Assembly (NCBI GenBank): GCA_963514005.1
Contig: OY740812.1
Coordinates: 12,772,001-12,836,000, forward strand
Origin: Raja brachyura
Taxonomy: Eukaryota
DNA length: 64,000 bases
Direction: 5' to 3'
Position numbers and translations under genes: made by a program
Shown: positions 51,701-64,000 of the stretch, in pieces
Position numbering within the stretch: position 1 is the first letter of the stretch
Layout: the number at the start of each line of letters is the position of its first letter
Notes under the pieces: model-generated
Database searches by the model: none
What the model was told of the DNA's origin: nothing
Seen by the model: the letters and a program-made list of their open reading frames with translations, nothing else

Positions 51701-52019
51701 GAAACATGTGGGTGAATGAGGCTAATGGGGTCACTGAGCCTTGGACTCCAGGGCACATCCTGTGCCAAGAAAATATAAGGTTGCATTTTATCCGGCAGTT
51801 GGAGGGTCCCTGGAGATCCAATGACATTCCTGGAGAAATTGGTAATCCTGGCCCTAATCACCAGGTAAACCCACTTGCAGAAAGGGCCATCAAAATCAAT
51901 GGGGGTGAGCAGTGCTTTAAAAAGGTAGGGTATCTAAGGAGCACATCCGTAACCCGCGTCTAAGAAAGGGAACTGGTTCTTTCTCAGGGGCGATGAAGAT
52001 AGAGTTGACAGCAGGCAGC

Positions 52020-53060
52020 GACTGAAAGGAATTGGATGGGTTTGAGCCAATCAACAGCCACATCCTGCTGACAGGCGCTTGTTTGTGCCGGGGGCTGACA
52101 CACGGGTAGAGAGGCTGCAACTCGGCGACTGAGGAGCTACTCGGCTATAAGCTCAAGCTAGCGGCCGCCTGCAACCCGAGGACACTCATGGTGAGTGCAT
52201 GCCCCCCACAGCCCGCGGCAGCGCCCGATGCACAGGGCGGGGGAAGAAGGGTCCGGGCACACATTGCATTTGCATTCCCCAAGTGCAATGAATCGGAGCC
52301 GGCTGGAGAGGGAGAGGGCGAGGGACCGCCCGGCGCCTGGGTGCATGCACACAGCACAGCCGCACAATGAGGCTCGGGTCCATTGTTCAGCCCGGCTCCC
52401 TCAAACACTCGCCGACATGTCTGCGGCGCATTCCCCCTCGCATCGCCCGGCCCTCGCTCTGGAGGAGACGGTCCCTCAGCCTTGCCACTGATGCTGGGAG
52501 CCGGCACTCTGCCAGCGGGCAGCTGCACACTCGCTCTCCCTCCCTGCTCCCTCCCTACCGGCGCAGTGACCGGCTCCACGGCGGGGAAGCGGAGCGACCT
52601 CCCATCGGCGGCGGCGGCAGCCCACGCTTCCCTCGCCCGGCTACACTGCACTCGCCCGGCCGCCGGCACCCAATCCGCTGATGTTGCGGTTCCCCGGTGT
52701 GGGAGTCAGTGACCGCCCCAGCCCCAGCCCCAGCCCCAGTAACTGGGTGGGTGGCAGCGCCCGGTACCAACGTGGGAGAATGTCCCTCCAGCATCACTCA
52801 CACCGAGCGGCAGAGGGGGACGCCCAGCATCGCCGGGGGCTGTGTTGCTGGTGTGAGCATGGGGCTCTCCCCCTGATCACTCAGTGGATCTTTGTGAGTG
52901 TACACAGTACGTAAACGTACTGCCCGTTCTTCACTCGGCGCTTCTCCTCTCGGGCTGTTGCTGCGGCTGTTTCTCAACCATTGCTAAAGCGGCTGTGTGG
53001 GCAGCAGTCAGTCGTAAAGGGGACCCACATGCGGTGGTGTTCTCCGCCATCACTGTGTGC
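52020..53060 (+). promoter_or_regulatory. CpG island: promoter and first exon(s) of an unidentified + strand gene
   Basis: High GC and CpG. ATTGG 52031, CCAAT 52047-52051, TATAA 52146-52150, then ATG|gtgagt at 52188-52196 (consensus donor). Confidence 0.7.
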
Positions 53061-56000
53061 TGCCTGGCGGCCTACTGTTGCCCTGTAATGTGACGACTCC
53101 CTCATCCACTGTCCCCACAACTGGACACATATGGCTTAATCCCCGCCGCAAATCCGATGTATGGCGTCGTGATCTCCCGCCACGCCGAGCTTGGACAGGA
53201 ATGTGTTTGCATGTGGGTGTATGTTTGTAGCAGCGTGGCGTGCATGTATGTGCATGCATCCATGTGGTTGTGCACAGTGCACAAGTGAGTAGAGTGTACA
53301 GGTGAATATGCAAAGTTTGTTGATAGCATACGCATGCATGTACGCGATCACATCTTAAACATTGTGCTGATACATGCCACATGCCTGTGCTTGTACTTGG
53401 CGTGTGTTGGCAATGTAGGCATAATAATCACATTTCTCATGTATCCGAAAGTGATTTGTAGCCAAATTGTTGCAGAAACGGGGCAATTAATTTGCACATC
53501 ACGTCCATAACAGCATGTGAACATGACCAGTCTTTTACTTCATTTGAGGGAAGTGGGTATTACTGGCGAGGGCAGTATGTATGCATGTATTACCCATTGA
53601 TGATTACCCTGAGAAGGTGCTGGTGAGCTGCCTTGACCTGAGGTAATCCGCATGATGCAGTTACATAATAATGTGTTTGGATAGTGAGTCCCAGGAATTA
53701 TATGCAATGATGATAAAATACTGTGATCCTGAAGGGGAACTGCAGATGAGGGTGTTCCTCCCTATTTGATTTTAGAGGGTGAGTCCCTCAAGCAGTTTTA
53801 GAGGGTGCTGTTAAATACATTTTGATGAGTAAATGCAGTGCATGTTATAGAAAGTACGCATTTCCGCTACGGTATACCGGGGGCGAGGAGGTGAAAGTGT
53901 ACAGGGGTGAATAGAATGACAATCAAGCTGGATGCCTTGACTTTGAATGCCTTATTTTGTTGATAGTCGTCCAGACATGTGGAAAGTATTCCATCATACT
54001 CCTTGTGCTTTGTAGATGATGGAATATGTGTCTGGAGTAGTTGAGTCTATGGTCAGTGAAGACCTCCAGGATGTTGAGAGTGGGATATTCTGCAATGATA
54101 ACGACATTCATTGTTGGGGTTAGATTCACCCTTGCTGGAGATGGTCAATGTCTGGAACTGTTTGTAGCACAAAGATTCCTTGCCACCTATCAGCCCATTG
54201 CTGAATATGTCTAAGCCTTGAGACATGCTGGTGTGAACTGCTTCATTTGCTGAGTAGTTGTTAATGAAATTGACGTCCTTCAAACTTTTTCTGACTTTGT
54301 GATGGAATGAACGTCAATGATAAAGCTGATGCTGACCACTCTCTTGTTCAAGAGGGTGCCTGAGATGTTTTATATCTGTTTAGAAAAACAGACAAGGCTT
54401 TGGGTTGCATGTAGATTTTTGTGTTCAATAATCTGCTGTAAGCAGCAAATGTTGACTCCAGGCTTGGATGCTACAATCTGAGCTATGACCAGCACAGCAT
54501 GTGTAAATAAAATGGAGACACAAGAGACTGTAGATGCTGGAATCAGGAGCCAAAAAACAGGCTGCTGGAGGAACCCAGTGAGTTGAGCAGCATCTGTGGA
54601 GGATGGGTAGGAAGAATTGTTGACTGCATCTTGACAGAGAGTGTGAAGGTAAAGATGGCCGGTCTAAAGAGATAGGTGGAGTTGTGAGACGGGCCTGTGG
54701 GCGATAGATGGACTGGGGGGGGGGGGAGGGGTGAAGGATGATGGGCAGAAGGAGCTACATGATGGAGGCAAATACTTGACAGGTCAGGCAGCATCTGTGC
54801 AAAGGGAAACTGAATACATGTTTCAGATTGATGACCTTTCAAAAGAACAAGGTCTTTCATTAAAACTGTGTCTCAACACAAATTAATCTCTTTCAAAATG
54901 GTCTGCCTTTTTAAGTGTGCAGAACTCATCTTAAAAGCCATTGCACAATGCAGAAAGCATATGAAACAAGTATATTTTTGCACTGTATGTACTGAATTTT
55001 GTCCATTGGTGAGGCAATACTTCCTTAGTATTGTTATATTAGAAAGTATAAAACAGAAACGAGTTGCAAGTGGTGGATTATCCTGCAGAGATGAGTGTGA
55101 TTTTTCGGAGATTCTGCTGCCATGAAGAACATTATATCATTACTATACTACAGAGGGGAGTGTGGTTTGTATGGTGGGCGATGTGGCATGGTGTAGAAGC
55201 ACATTGTACGGTGAGCAGAATCATTTTTATGTGTCACAATCATCACAGTCTATGTGCTCTCAATTCACTGATTGTATATCAGCAAGGCGCACTCTGTTAC
55301 TATTTGTTTTTTATCAGCTATTGCTAGTGTAGGTGGGTGGGGGATGAACTGGGGTGGGGGGGGAGACGTTGATGGGTATGCAAGAGATAATAAGGTGCTT
55401 GGGAATGTAAATACAGGACTGTAACTCCAGGTGGGCTCCAAGAACCAGCATAGACTTGATGGGTTGAATGGTCTCCTTCTGTATTGTGTGAAAATGTGAG
55501 AATGAGAATTGATACTGTTCTGACTAATCCAGTAACTGAAGGTGACGTAGGAGAGAGATGTTCTCTCTGCCCCTGGTTTCAGTTTGGGGTTTTGAACGTA
55601 TTGTACATAATACAGTTGAACAACCATTGAAGTAACCTCCAATCCCATTGCATCTTCTTTATTGTGACCATTTTAGGGCAATGTAGGATTCTAGATCCTT
55701 GAGCAGCTGCCAGTCATTGTGTCCCAGAGCAGAGACTCACGAGGGGTGCAGGGTTTAAGTTATTATGAAGTTCTCTCCTGAGACAGTTGTTATCAAACAG
55801 CCCGCTCTCTCATGATGTCCATGTCACAGTGTAAGTGGAAATAGCATGCACCACATACTCAACACTCACGGCAGATGGTGGCTCTTGTAAAGGATGTGTA
55901 ACCAACCACCTATATGCCTGGATCTCAGAGCAATGTGCCGCAAGCTTGAGATAAAAAAAAGCAGTGCCTTTAGGGAAATGGTGCAAGCCGTTGGTGTGCG

Positions 56001-57339
56001 TTACATTGGCAGAGAAGAATCTTCCTGTGGCTCTATATTTCTGGTATAAGTATCACAAAGCCAGAGGTGATCCAAACATGTCACTGAAATACCTCGAGTT
56101 GTCTCGCTCAGTATATCCTTGCTGGCAGACACAGACATTTCCTGTGAAAGTCCATTCCCCCCAGTTTTGTACAGCTGGGGATAGAGCCTGGCTCTGCAGC
56201 CAAACCCAACTGAACATGACTGTAAAAAAAGGACACAGAGTGCTGAAGTAACTCAGCGGGCCAGTCAGCCGGAGAACATGGATAGGTGATATTTCGGGTG
56301 GGGACCATTGTGTCTGCCGTGGGGGGGTGGGCGGGGCAGGGCGGGGGGGGGGGGGGAGGGTTGGGTCTGTTTTATTGTCTCTAATATAACCAATACTAAG
56401 GAAGGTTGCCTCTAATGGATAAAATGTAGTACATACAATGCAGAGTCTACTGGTATCATGCTTTCTGATGAATATTGAGTTTAGGTTGTGCTCTGCTTTA
56501 TCTAGGCCACTATGGTGTTCTTAATATTACAAAAGGTGTCCTCTGCATTGCAAGTCTTCAGCAAAGGTCTCCAAATCGGGTTGGGTTGAATATATTACAT
56601 TTTACAATTACTTGGACTTGAGTCAAATTCCAGTTGGATATAGATCGGGTTTGGATTGGGTTTTGATCTCGGTTTTTGAGGAGCACTGATGATTTTAAGA
56701 ATCGGGACGAATGTTATTTATTGATACATGCTCACCTCTTCTGACCATGTGGAGGGCAGAAAAATCAGTTGGCCATTCCTTGGCGGGACTTGCTGCAACG
56801 TGAATTAGATAAGGCAAATAGCAAGTACTTAGTTGAAAGCTGGATAAACGCATGTTGGGGAAGGACGTTGGGGAGGTTAACAGTGTGGAGCATAAATATT
56901 GCCTTGAATGAGCATAGCCCAAAGTTTAATCAAGTTTCATGCCTAGCTCTTGAATTGCATCATTATTTCCGTGCCCATTCCGTGCCCATTCCGTGCCCGA
57001 GTACAATGGATGTGCCAACTTGCAATTTCCACATGTTTGAGCGAGAACTGTCACAGCTAATGTGTGGCCCTGGTACTGAGGCTCCACATCCTTTGATCAA
57101 TTTCCTTGAGGGTTGGCTGGCTGTTTGGCAACCGAGAACATTTACAACCTTGTCAGATCTTGCCCTTCAACAGTGTGCTGCCCGTATTTAGCGACTGATC
57201 AGCTTTGAATCTAATGCCTTTTCTGGGTCACAATGGTGATATTAATATTACAAAAGATGTCCTAGAATACGAGCACAGTGTCCAGTCTGGCACATCAGAT
57301 CCGCACCGAGACTATGCTGGTGCATTGGATGAGAAATAA

Positions 57340-57838
57340 TGGGGCTGTCCCACTTGGGCGACCTAATTGGCGAGTTTAGAAGAGTTTGATGAAATGACAT
57401 GTTGAAGACCTCCTTCGTCTATGTTGAAGACCAGCTTTGACGAGCTATGACTAGCTACGACTAACTTCGGGAAAATTGGACACTGAATAGTGGAGAGTGA
57501 AGACGATCACCTTCAACTATGATGAAGACTATCTATGACTACCTTTGACTACCCTCGTTTACCTACGACTAACATGCCAACTTACTACGACTAAACCTAC
57601 GAGTAAAAAAAGTATCGATTTTTTACATGGCGACCTTTTTTTACTCGAGGGCATTTTTTAACATATTGAAAAAACCGCCGCGACCTAGCTGAAGCCTCGA
57701 GTATGCGGAGAATATTCTCAAGCATGAAGGAGATTAACAAATACCTCCTACGACCTTGTGTCGACCATGCTGCGAGTATGAGTTGAGGGCAAACTCGCCA
57801 GAACTCGCGGATTAGGTCGCCCAAGTGGGACAGGCCCT
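57340..57838. mobile_element. Non-autonomous DNA transposon (MITE), PIF/Harbinger-like
   Basis: 27-bp terminal inverted repeats ggggctgtcccacttgggcgacctaat / attaggtcgcccaagtgggacaggccc (one mismatch), TAA/TTA flanks, internal acgact-rich repeats. Confidence 0.82.
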
Positions 57839-59589
57839 TTAGAATGAAGTCCTGTTCCCATCAGGTGGATGTAAGAGATCCAATGGAATGACTTGGAAAA
57901 AGATCAGGGACGTTCTCTCTGTGTCCACAGCCTCACATCACTAGAGTATAGTGGAAATTTGAAAAATGATAATGCACGTTTGTGGTTGAGGCAACAACTT
58001 TCCGAAGTCTGGTCCAAAGGGAGAAGCTAGAGGATTTTGTCTGCAGGCAGGCAGCCCAGTCATTCCTTTATTTGCTGTTGAGAGAGTAAATTTCCGTTGA
58101 GCTAGTAAATAATTGCTGATGCCTAATTCCGTAGTGCGTGTTTTCCCTTGCAGGAAACCAAGTGCAGAAATGTCTTTACTTACTCTCTTATTATGCCACA
58201 GAAGGAGGACATTCGGCCTGTAGAGTTTATGTCAGGTCTCAGCAGATCATCCTGTTATTATTGCAGTAAATATAAACAATCCATTTTTTTAGACATTGCT
58301 GTTGTCCCATTCCAATATTAGTTGCCTCTTAAACCTTGAAGAAATGCATTTGGTTGCTAATGTTAGTTTTCCTCAAACCCCATGACTGTAATAATTAATT
58401 ATGGCATATTAAGTTTCATTCTGTACTGGTGTGTGCTTTTCCTTAATTCGCGGCTCTCTGGCTAGAGCTATGAGGTAAGGAAAGCATTTTCCAGTACAGA
58501 AGGAAACTTGATTCCAATACAAACTAAGAAACACAAATGATAAACATCCACCAAGAACTCTAGTGTCAGCTCAATTGTTCCTTGTCATGTGAACATATAA
58601 AGTATTGGTGAGGGTTCAAAATCTTCAAGTAAAAGGAAATCAAAATCTTTAATAAGAATTGGTTAAACCAGATCCTTACCCTCTGCAAGGACTCTTGCAG
58701 CCTCTCACGATATATTATAACTAGGTGGGATCGGCATTCCCAGAACAAGATACTTCTATCTCTGGGCTGAGCATCCTTGGTGCTGTTGTAGGGAATTGTT
58801 GTGGAAGAAAGACAATTACAGATGTAAATAAAGGCCATTCAGCCTACTTGAGCAGAATTAGGCCATTCGGCCCATCAAGCCTACGCTATTCAATCATGGC
58901 TGATCTATCATGCAAATGAGTATGAAGATGTTTCCCGACCTGTCACCTGCCACGTCCTCTAGAGATGGTGCCTGACCCGCTGAGTTACTCAAGTGCTTTG
59001 TGTTCTATGCACGTCGTTCATTGGTGACGTACCTCAGTGTAAGGAGGCAGATGCGTGACCAATTGTGAACTCTGCCCAGTGGCCGCCTAAGGTGATTGAA
59101 AACTCGGGAAAGGTTTGATTTGGCCACTGAATACTACCTGATAGACAGCTCCCCCATTCCCCCGACCAGGACCGCACAGCCTGAGGCCTGTGGTTTTGCT
59201 GAGATCCCTCCTAGGCATAACCCATCGTCCTTGGGCTTTGGGGTCCAGAGCCCAAGCACTGCGAAGGATCTTCTCAGCCTCCTTGGAATCATTCTGGCTG
59301 TCTGCACAGCATTGCCAGAAGGTTTGGTGTGGGGTCTTCTGCTGGGTTGTGGCTAGGTCTGCTCTGGTCGATGGGGATGTATCATCCGCTGTCACCCTTC
59401 TCCATGTGGCTGAATGTATCTGAGCTGGACCTTGCGGAAGAAGGCTCCGTGACTGGAACACACACTCCCAGCAAGGATTAGGGATTGAAGTGGAATTTGG
59501 TGTCTACGCCTGAGACACAAACTGCTGGCCATCACTGCTGGATTAGGAGATAGCTGTGACAAGTTAATGGCAGCTAAAGAGAAAAAAGA

Positions 59590-59900
59590 GAGACTTGCAT
59601 TTATATGGTCACATTGGATCTTTCCAAATCTCTTTGCAGCAAATGGAGGATTATTTGTTGTGTGGTCACTGTCTGAAGAGAAGTGAGGATGGTCAGATAA
59701 TGTGCTTCTCCGGTGACTGCGTTACATCTGCGTTCCTCAGAAGGAACACAAAATAATCTTTGAGGTTCACCTAAGAGGCAATGAGTCCAACTGTTCAGCA
59801 GCCCCTCGATGCTTCATGAAGTATCAACCTGGGTATTAGTGGTCGGGTCACTGAACTAGGGCATGAACTTTTTGCATAAGAGGCAGGAGTGTGCGTAGCT
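59590..59900 (-). mobile_element. Ancient DeuSINE relic
   Basis: gacttgcatttatat...tttgcagc.aatg.ag...gtcactgt...cagataat; parallels 18968-19325. Confidence 0.45.
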
Positions 59901-60889
59901 GTGCCAAGGTTGATTTAAAAAAGACACAAGTCAGTAATGCAGACTTGGTAAAATGATCCCTTCTTTGTACCATGTGAGTAGCAGCATTTTGTGCTAAATT
60001 TGCCCATTTGCTGAACAGCTCGTGTTGCTGCGTGCTGTGTCAGGTTGTGGTCGGCCTTCTATGTCAAGCTGGGAGCCGCCTGACTGACATAGATGCTCCG
60101 TCCCCTCACTACCCTATCCTCTCTGTAAACCAAAGTGTTCTGGGAATTATAGCATAAACAAAGGCAAGGAGTCAGCTCAATTTAAACAAAGCCAGAAGGG
60201 ATTACAGCAGCAGTGTTTCATCTCAATTGTTTTGGTGTTATCCTGGAACTTTTGGGATCGGGTATAAAGTTTAATCTTGTATTTCCCCCTTATGTGCAGT
60301 TGCATACTGGCCTGACACCTTGTAGGGTCAGGGAACGTTTGTTAATCTGTTCCTCTTGGGAAGGTTGGTTTAAAGTCCAAACTTTGGCGTCTGATTCTGA
60401 CTTAACATTCGGCCTGCAATCAAAAGTCCAAACTCCAATAAGGCCACGACATCCAAAATTGGTTTGCAGGCTCCCAAAATACAAACGAGAACAAATATTG
60501 GTTTAATTTGAACCAAATTTCTTCCAATGCGGGTTGGATTAAATGCGGAAGAGGGTAAAGAGGACAAGGAAGAGGCAGAAGCGCAAGAGGCTCCATGCCC
60601 AGGTTGAGTGTGAGCCGCTGTGTAATGAAGTGGGACTATTGAGATTTGATGTTTCCAAGACAGAACATCAGGTGGAGCTGGGACTGAAGAGGTGATTGTG
60701 TGGTTAGAAGTCTTACACAGAATCCTGGATTAACTGAGGGTTGTGAAGAGTAAAGTCTACTGAGAAGAATACTTGAGAAACTTGAGATCCTCATTTGGAC
60801 ATATATCTATATCTATATGAAAAGAAAGTGTCTAGTGAGCTATGAGCTAAATGCAGGCAAATGGGACTAGACAAGTATGCCAACATCTG

Positions 60890-61381
60890 GTACGGAAATA
60901 TTACAATCTGGTTTGGGAATTGCTCTGCCCAGGGCAAGAAGGCTCTGCAGAGAGTAGTGCGTTCGACCGAATGCACTATGGGAACTTCACTCGCCCCTCT
61001 GCAGGAACTATACATCAGGAGGCGCAACTCCAGAGCCAATAAGATAATGGGAGACCCCTTCCACCCTTGCAACGGACTGTTCCAGCTGCTACGGTCAGGC
61101 AAACGCCTCCGTTGCCATGCTGTGAGAACGGAGAGGTTGAGAAGGAGTTTCTTCTCAGAGGCCATTAGGACTGGAAACTCCTATCTCACCAGGGACTAAC
61201 TTTACTGAACCACAATACCGCCCACAATATTTAATATGTGAAAGAACATGTGATTCTGTTCCATTCTGTTTGGAGGTTTGTTTGTTTGTTTGTTTTTTTG
61301 CACAATGTCCGCGAGCACTGCCACTTTTCATTTCACTGCACATCCTGTTTGTGTATGTGACGAATAAACTTGACTTGACTT
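60890..61381 (+). mobile_element. Rex1/Babar-like LINE 3' end nested in a CR1 tail
   Basis: ITIWFGNCS..KKALQRVVR..DPFHP..LFQLL.SG.R.R..RT.R.RRSFF motif; aataaa(cttga)n tail; CR1 UTR halves on both sides. Confidence 0.8.
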
Positions 61382-63772
61382 GGTTGGCATGGACAAAGTG
61401 GGTCGAAGGGCCTGTTTCTGTGCTGTATAGCTCTATGACCCAACGGCTTAAGGCAATGAGATCAGCAGCTCAAGGGATGTAGAGAGGTAGAATGTTGATA
61501 ATTGGTGTCCGGGTTATGGGGAGAAGGCAGGAGAATGGGGTTAGGAGGGAGAGATAGATCAGCCGTGATTGGCTTGATGGGCCAAATAGCCTAATTCTGC
61601 TCCTATCACTTATGACCTTATGGGAATGTGAGGTACTTGTTGGGGAGACCAAACAAATTTAAATGGAACCCAGAAACAAATTCTGTACTGAGTAGTGCTG
61701 GCACATTTAAATAGAGGCTATTTAAATATCAACTGCTCACTCGGTAATGCTCTTATCTCCTCTGCCACATGCTGTGAGTTCAAGTTCCATCAGAGAAAAA
61801 TTACAGAGAAAGGAATGGAAATATATGCTGCAGGATAGCTGAAGATGCGAAGAGGAATCAAGTGTCAACCAGTTGGCACTGTTTGTTTGTTGTGAAGCCA
61901 ATGCAACATTTAAAAATAGGAAGAGGTCCCGCAATGGAATGCAAAGGGTTAATTATGCAGGATGCAGTCGTCTTCTAATTCTCAGCTTGAGAAAGATGTT
62001 TTGGCACATTTCCACAATCTTCACGCACCATGAGTTGACATTCAGATAACACTGACCATTAATGCCAGTGGACTGTGGAAGTCTGTGCACGAAAGATATG
62101 TCATTATGAGTCTGTTTATAGAGGCAGATGGTGGATTTAGTCTCTAGTTACTTTTAACCCCTTATGGTACTGCAGCTTGGTTTACCCATTGGGGTCTTGC
62201 CACCAATTTTAACTCGTCTGGCCAAACTCAAGAGAGCAAAGTCCAGAGCAGGTGAGTCTTTCAATTTGGAAGAAGAAGTGGGGCAAACACTTAAGCATGA
62301 CCTCCTGGAGAGATTGTTGCAAAGTAGCAAAGATATATTGTGAGCTCTTTCATCAAATCAATGGAGACAAGTATGAAACAGCTTGGGTCATCAAGAATGA
62401 GACTCTGGTCATAAACATCAGGCACTCCAGCCTTGATATCGTGCCAAGCTCCGGAATTCCCACCTGAACCTCTCTTCTCACCAAACCTAATATTGTCTTA
62501 TGTGGTTTGATGAGATTTTGGGACACCAACGATTCTGTGAAGCACTGGGTTCATGTCCTGTGTTAAGCCACTGTAAAGACTGCTGAATAAACACTGAGGA
62601 CATAGACATGCTTTCCCTTTCTATCTCAAAGGTATAGAAGGCACTACAGCTGCTATCCACAAACAAGATCAGTGAATTGGCACTGACAGGAATGAAAAAC
62701 AAGTCATCCACTGTGCAGTCATCCACTAACAGGTTCACAATTTCCCCCTCTCATGTTCACTAGGTTTATGGTTTATCTATCGTACATTGAAAATAGATAA
62801 ATGATTAGCAAAACCTCAGGAACTGAGTAGATGCAAGGCTTTGTTCAAAATCTCCAGCATCGCAAGGGAACCTACTGAAGTATGTTCAATGTTCCAACCA
62901 CCTCATTCAAATTTACTTGACAAATGTTTATCGCTGATGAATAACACACACGTATATGCACACCCACATGCATGTAGGCACACATGCACTGAAAACACAT
63001 GTACACATAGACACAAACACATATACACATACACACACCACAACATCAAAGTAAACAGCAACAGAGTATTAGAAAATAAATCCACAGCTTTTTGGGACCA
63101 GTGCCAACAGATCAATTAGCTTTAACATGGGGGTAGGTTCTAAAATGGAGCACGGCTAACTTGCATGGGAATCCAAAAGCTGATTCGAGTTGGTTGTTAA
63201 CGGGAAAAGGGACGTACAGAAAATGGCTTGCCTTTAAATGCAAGATAAGGAGAGTTCAAGGTATGTGTGTATTTGGTAGAGTGAAGGGCAAGGCAGGTAG
63301 GAATAAGGACACTGGATGACGAGAAAAATCGTGGTTCTGTTCTGGAAATAAAAGGACAAATGGGTTGGGTATAAGCACCTGAGATCAAGTGTTTCTCTGG
63401 AGGAGTAAAAGGTTTGAGGAGCATACTTAAGAAGGAAATCAGGAGAGCAAATGCGGGGCTCGAGATATCCATAATAGAAATTATTAAAGAGAATCCAAAG
63501 GGGTTTTATGTATATTATTAAGGGGAAGTTGCTACCTGTGCATTTTATGTTATACCGAAGTAGAGTGATAAAGGAGCTGGGATTGCAGGGTGCATTCAGT
63601 AGAAAGGGATGGGATCGCAAACTGGCTGGACTGGTGCATTGTTGTCTTTACACAAGCAGCCAATGATGCTGGCTTTGTTACTTGGGACGGGGGAGGCAAG
63701 AGTTTGTTATTGTTTGTGCTCATGACATTCTAGTCAGAATGTGAGCCACAGATGTAACACCCAGCTGCACAG

Positions 63773-64000
63773 TGGTCACAGTGGCGCAGCAGTAGAGTTG
63801 CTGCCTTACAGCGGATGCAGCGCCGGAAACCCGGGTTCAATCTCGACTACAGGTGCTGTCTGTACGGAGTTTGTAAGTTCTCCCCGTGACCTGCTTGGGT
63901 TTTCTCCGAGATCTTCGGTTTCCTCCCACACGTCAAAGACGTACAAGTTTGTAGGTTAATCGGCTTGGTAAATGTAAAAATTGTCCCTAGTGGGTGTAGG
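63773..64000 (+). mobile_element. HE1-type V-SINE, cut by the window end
   Basis: A-box tggcgcagcag, B-box ggttcaatc, central conserved domain. Confidence 0.85.

Noticed and set aside
52145-52914. Several overlapping 60-174 aa ORFs in the CpG island
   Set aside because: Expected from stop-poor GC-rich DNA; no domain similarity seen.
53200-53400. Cluster of TGCATG (RBFOX) motifs
   Set aside because: Explained by a decayed (TG)n/(CA)n tract; no alternative exon identified nearby.
59087-59461. 124-aa ORF in GC-richer unique sequence
   Set aside because: No splice signals or homology I could support.

Overview
Vertebrate genomic DNA, not prokaryotic. The repeat content (HE1-type tRNA-derived V-SINEs, CR1/HER1-type LINEs, Penelope-like elements, DeuSINE relics) points to a cartilaginous fish, probably a skate or ray (inference). 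Two genes can be rebuilt by hand on the minus strand: CCDC103/DNAAF19 (three coding exons, 21749-21607, 16810-16681, 12938-12480; 243 aa) and, about 8.9 kb downstream, the single-exon Ig-domain membrane protein FAM187A (3588-2341). CCDC103 starts in a CpG island at about 22.1-23.5 kb that holds an RFX X-box, a GC-rich minisatellite with telomere-like hexamers, and a Penelope fragment carrying a hammerhead-ribozyme core. On the opposite strand, where human has EFTUD2, I see no EFTUD2 exons but an unrecognised intronless 204-aa Arg/Lys/Ser-rich protein made of about 22-aa repeats (26587-27201). A second CpG island at about 52.0-53.1 kb looks like the promoter and first exon of a + strand gene whose coding exons I could not find in the window. 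The rest is mostly decayed transposons. Most ORFs in the supplied track are spurious. Repeat family names come from recognising motifs by eye, and repeat boundaries are approximate.
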